Below, piece by piece: positions 61,480-64,000 of a DNA stretch of 64,000 nucleotides. The notes beneath the pieces were generated by a model. That model was given only the letters and a program-made list of their open reading frames with translations. It did not search any database and had not been told where the DNA came from. This stretch comes from Heteronotia binoei. Lineage: Eukaryota. The stretch's first letter is position 1. Every line of letters begins with the position of its first letter. The translations under genes were made by a program, and so were the position numbers. The stretch is from the NCBI RefSeq assembly GCF_032191835.1, contig NC_083239.1, positions 35,340,001-35,404,000 on the forward strand. Reading direction: 5' to 3'.

Positions 61480-62997
61480 CTATAGGTAGTGAATCCTATG
61501 TGATCTGGAGCATTTGGCAACTGTGCCAGCTCCAATATGGACAATTTGTGTTCAGGATTCAAGAAGGTGTAGCTGTTTTATTCCCTATATTTCTGATGTT
61601 GCTCATGCTATCCTGAAAGAAAGGGGAAGAGGCTTTTGATCTAATTATCTTTCATATAGCACAGAAACACAGTTAGAAGGACTACATCGTTTCCTGATTC
61701 AAGAAGGAGTAGCTATTTCCTCCCCAGTGGATATTGCTCATGATCTCTACAATGAAAGAGAATTCTATATAAAGTGCAAACAATAGCCACACCCGAACAC
61801 AAAGTCCATATTTGTATCAGAAATTAATACTTCAAAACTGGAACTCCGGGTTGTGATATGGTGAACTGTGGAAATAGAGTCCAATGCTCAAGTCTTATAG
61901 CCAGTGTAAGAGTTGAAAGCAGCAAGGCACAAGTCACAACAGGGATGTGCGTAATGCCCTGTTTCACACGGGGCTTCTACAAGCTTTTTAAAACATTGTC
62001 ATACCCTGGGCAAAAACACCATTCTATTACACCATTAGAAGGCACTTGAATAGTGCTGAGTAACAGTCCCAGTTACACTTATAAATCAATAATTAATATA
62101 AAATCCAAAATGGAATATTTCAATATGGAAATGAATGAAGAATTTTGGAAGGCCACAAATGTATCTGGCCTTTTGCCAGCAGCAATTACATACATAGCAG
62201 ATAAAATTATTGTAAATATGCACCTTCCAGTTTAAGTCCTAAGAGTGAAATTCCCTTATTAGGGCCAGTGTAACATCAGTATGTATCAACTAGGGCCAGG
62301 GTGTTTTCTGTCCTGGCCCCTGCCTGGTGGAACAAGCTCCCACTAGATTTGGACCCTGCAGAGCCTGCTGCAATTCCACATGGCCTGTAAAACTGAGCTG
62401 TTCTGCCAGGCCTTTAGTTGAGGCGGTGGAACCACTGAACACCGATATCGCCTTCCTGTCACATGCTGGCCCACGCTGGAGTAATGACTGATTTTGATTA
62501 GTATCACTGATGGTTGTTGTGCAGCCAGGGACTAGGTTTTTGAAATGACTGCCATCTGAATTTTTAATTAGTCAAATGGTTTGTTTGGTTTTATGTTTTA
62601 ACTAGTTGTTTTAGCAATTATATAATTTGTTTTATTTTGATGTGATCTGCCCATCTGGGAAGGGTGGGATAGAAATGTGAAGTAATAAATAAATGATAAA
62701 TAAATATCAATCAGTATCAGTCTCCTATAAGGTTTTTAATATATATTTTGTAATAAACACATGTACTTTTGTCTATAACTATTGATGTTTTTAACCTTTG
62801 GCCCTTTAGTATTCTGAACTTCCTCTGGAGGTTTTTGCCGGGTTGGTTTAGTTTCTCTTCCTCTCTCTTTGTGGTTAAAGAGACAAGTGGCCAGTGGTGC
62901 AGCCTGTAGTAGGATGTATATCATGTGACTGTCTCCCTATGGAAAAATGTCTCCCCTCTAACAGAGCACAGACGAACTTAACGTGTTGTGATGATCT

Positions 62998-63104
62998 GGG
63001 CATTTCTAACAAAGAGGAAAGCCAGAGAATTCTTTGGAAGATTCTGGTGTGGATGTGAATTCTTCCACAGAATTCTCTGGCTTTCCTCTTTGTTAGAAAT
63101 GCCC
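62998..63104. repeat. Perfect 36-bp inverted repeat with further imperfect inner pairing
   Basis: 62998-63033 is the exact reverse complement of 63069-63104. Confidence 0.95.
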
Positions 63105-64000
63105 AAATAATCACAACACATATTCACATGATTTACATCCCACTACAAGTCACTTAGAGTGACCTGTAGACTTCAGGCATCCTTGATAATTGAGAAGCTG
63201 TATAAGTGACCCCTGTGGGAACCCTTTTAGAAAAAGCTGCCTCGTCACCCTTTGGCAGTGTTGCTTGCATTTAAGAGTCTTAAACTATCCTCTGCTATCA
63301 AAAATTGACCCACTAAATCACTTGATTTTATCTAAAAACCTTAAAACTGCCTGAGACAACAGATCACAATAAGTAATATTATGAGTCAGTCTTCTCCTCA
63401 CCGCACACTTCTCTCCTCTACTTCATCATTCACTAGACTATTCTGTATAATGCATCAAATTCCAATGGCTATAGAAGCTATTATTGTATAGCTGTTCCTC
63501 TATTCTTAATCCTCATTCTGATCCTTGTAATAATTCTCACGTTAATCCGGCCCCTTCCCGCCCGCGCTGACTTCAGGCGGGGGCCGAGTTTGCCTCCCCG
63601 GATGGAGTGAGGCAACGGCCTCTTCATCCGGGGATGCATCGGGCGTGGTCTGTTGGGGCTTTATAAGCCCGGCCACACCCGAGGCCACGCACTTCTGCTG
63701 GCCGTTTTGGTCCACCCTGCAATAGTACAGGCTCCTCCGGTCGCCGTATTTTTGGGGCCAGGTAGGAATTTTTTCATCTCAACTAATTGGCCTGGGTTGG
63801 GATGTTTTTCGCCTACCTTGTACTGTGGCTTTGAGTTTGGGTTATTGTTTAGGTAACTTTATTTGCCGGGACTTGAAGTCAGGTTTGTATTTGGTGGGCA
63901 CCCACGGTTTTCCCGGTTTAAGGGAAGTAGCGGGGGACGGACGGCAGTGGGGCTGTACGGCTCTCTGCTGTCTTTCCCGTTACAGGGTTACCTCATCTGG

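Overview
Vertebrate genomic DNA, inferred to be squamate and probably gecko from its Sauria-type SINEs, BovB, CR1, L2 and RTE LINEs and gecko-type MITEs. There are three N gaps (about 2770-2927, 17843-18076 and 20515-20654). No long host ORF is present, and most of the ORF track is noise or TE-derived. Reading splice signals on the minus strand shows a tandem cluster of small secreted-protein genes built from micro-exons that are open in phase 0 (12-69 nt). Two paralogous TATA-proximal signal-peptide exons (2452-2520 and 30197-30265) encode a predicted 21-aa signal plus 2 residues. Thr-rich 27-33 nt exons were multiplied by tandem duplication of 0.6-1.0 kb exon+intron units (9-11 kb and 52.8-61.3 kb), and stop-containing penultimate exons are followed by non-coding last exons. 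This casein/SCPP-like architecture is the main candidate undescribed system; the family assignment is inference. Also present: a very young RT-less Ty1/copia element with an aberrant junction (106-bp host duplication, extra gag fragment, fold-back), nested solo LTRs, a five-unit hairpin array and a copy-specific inverted duplication.
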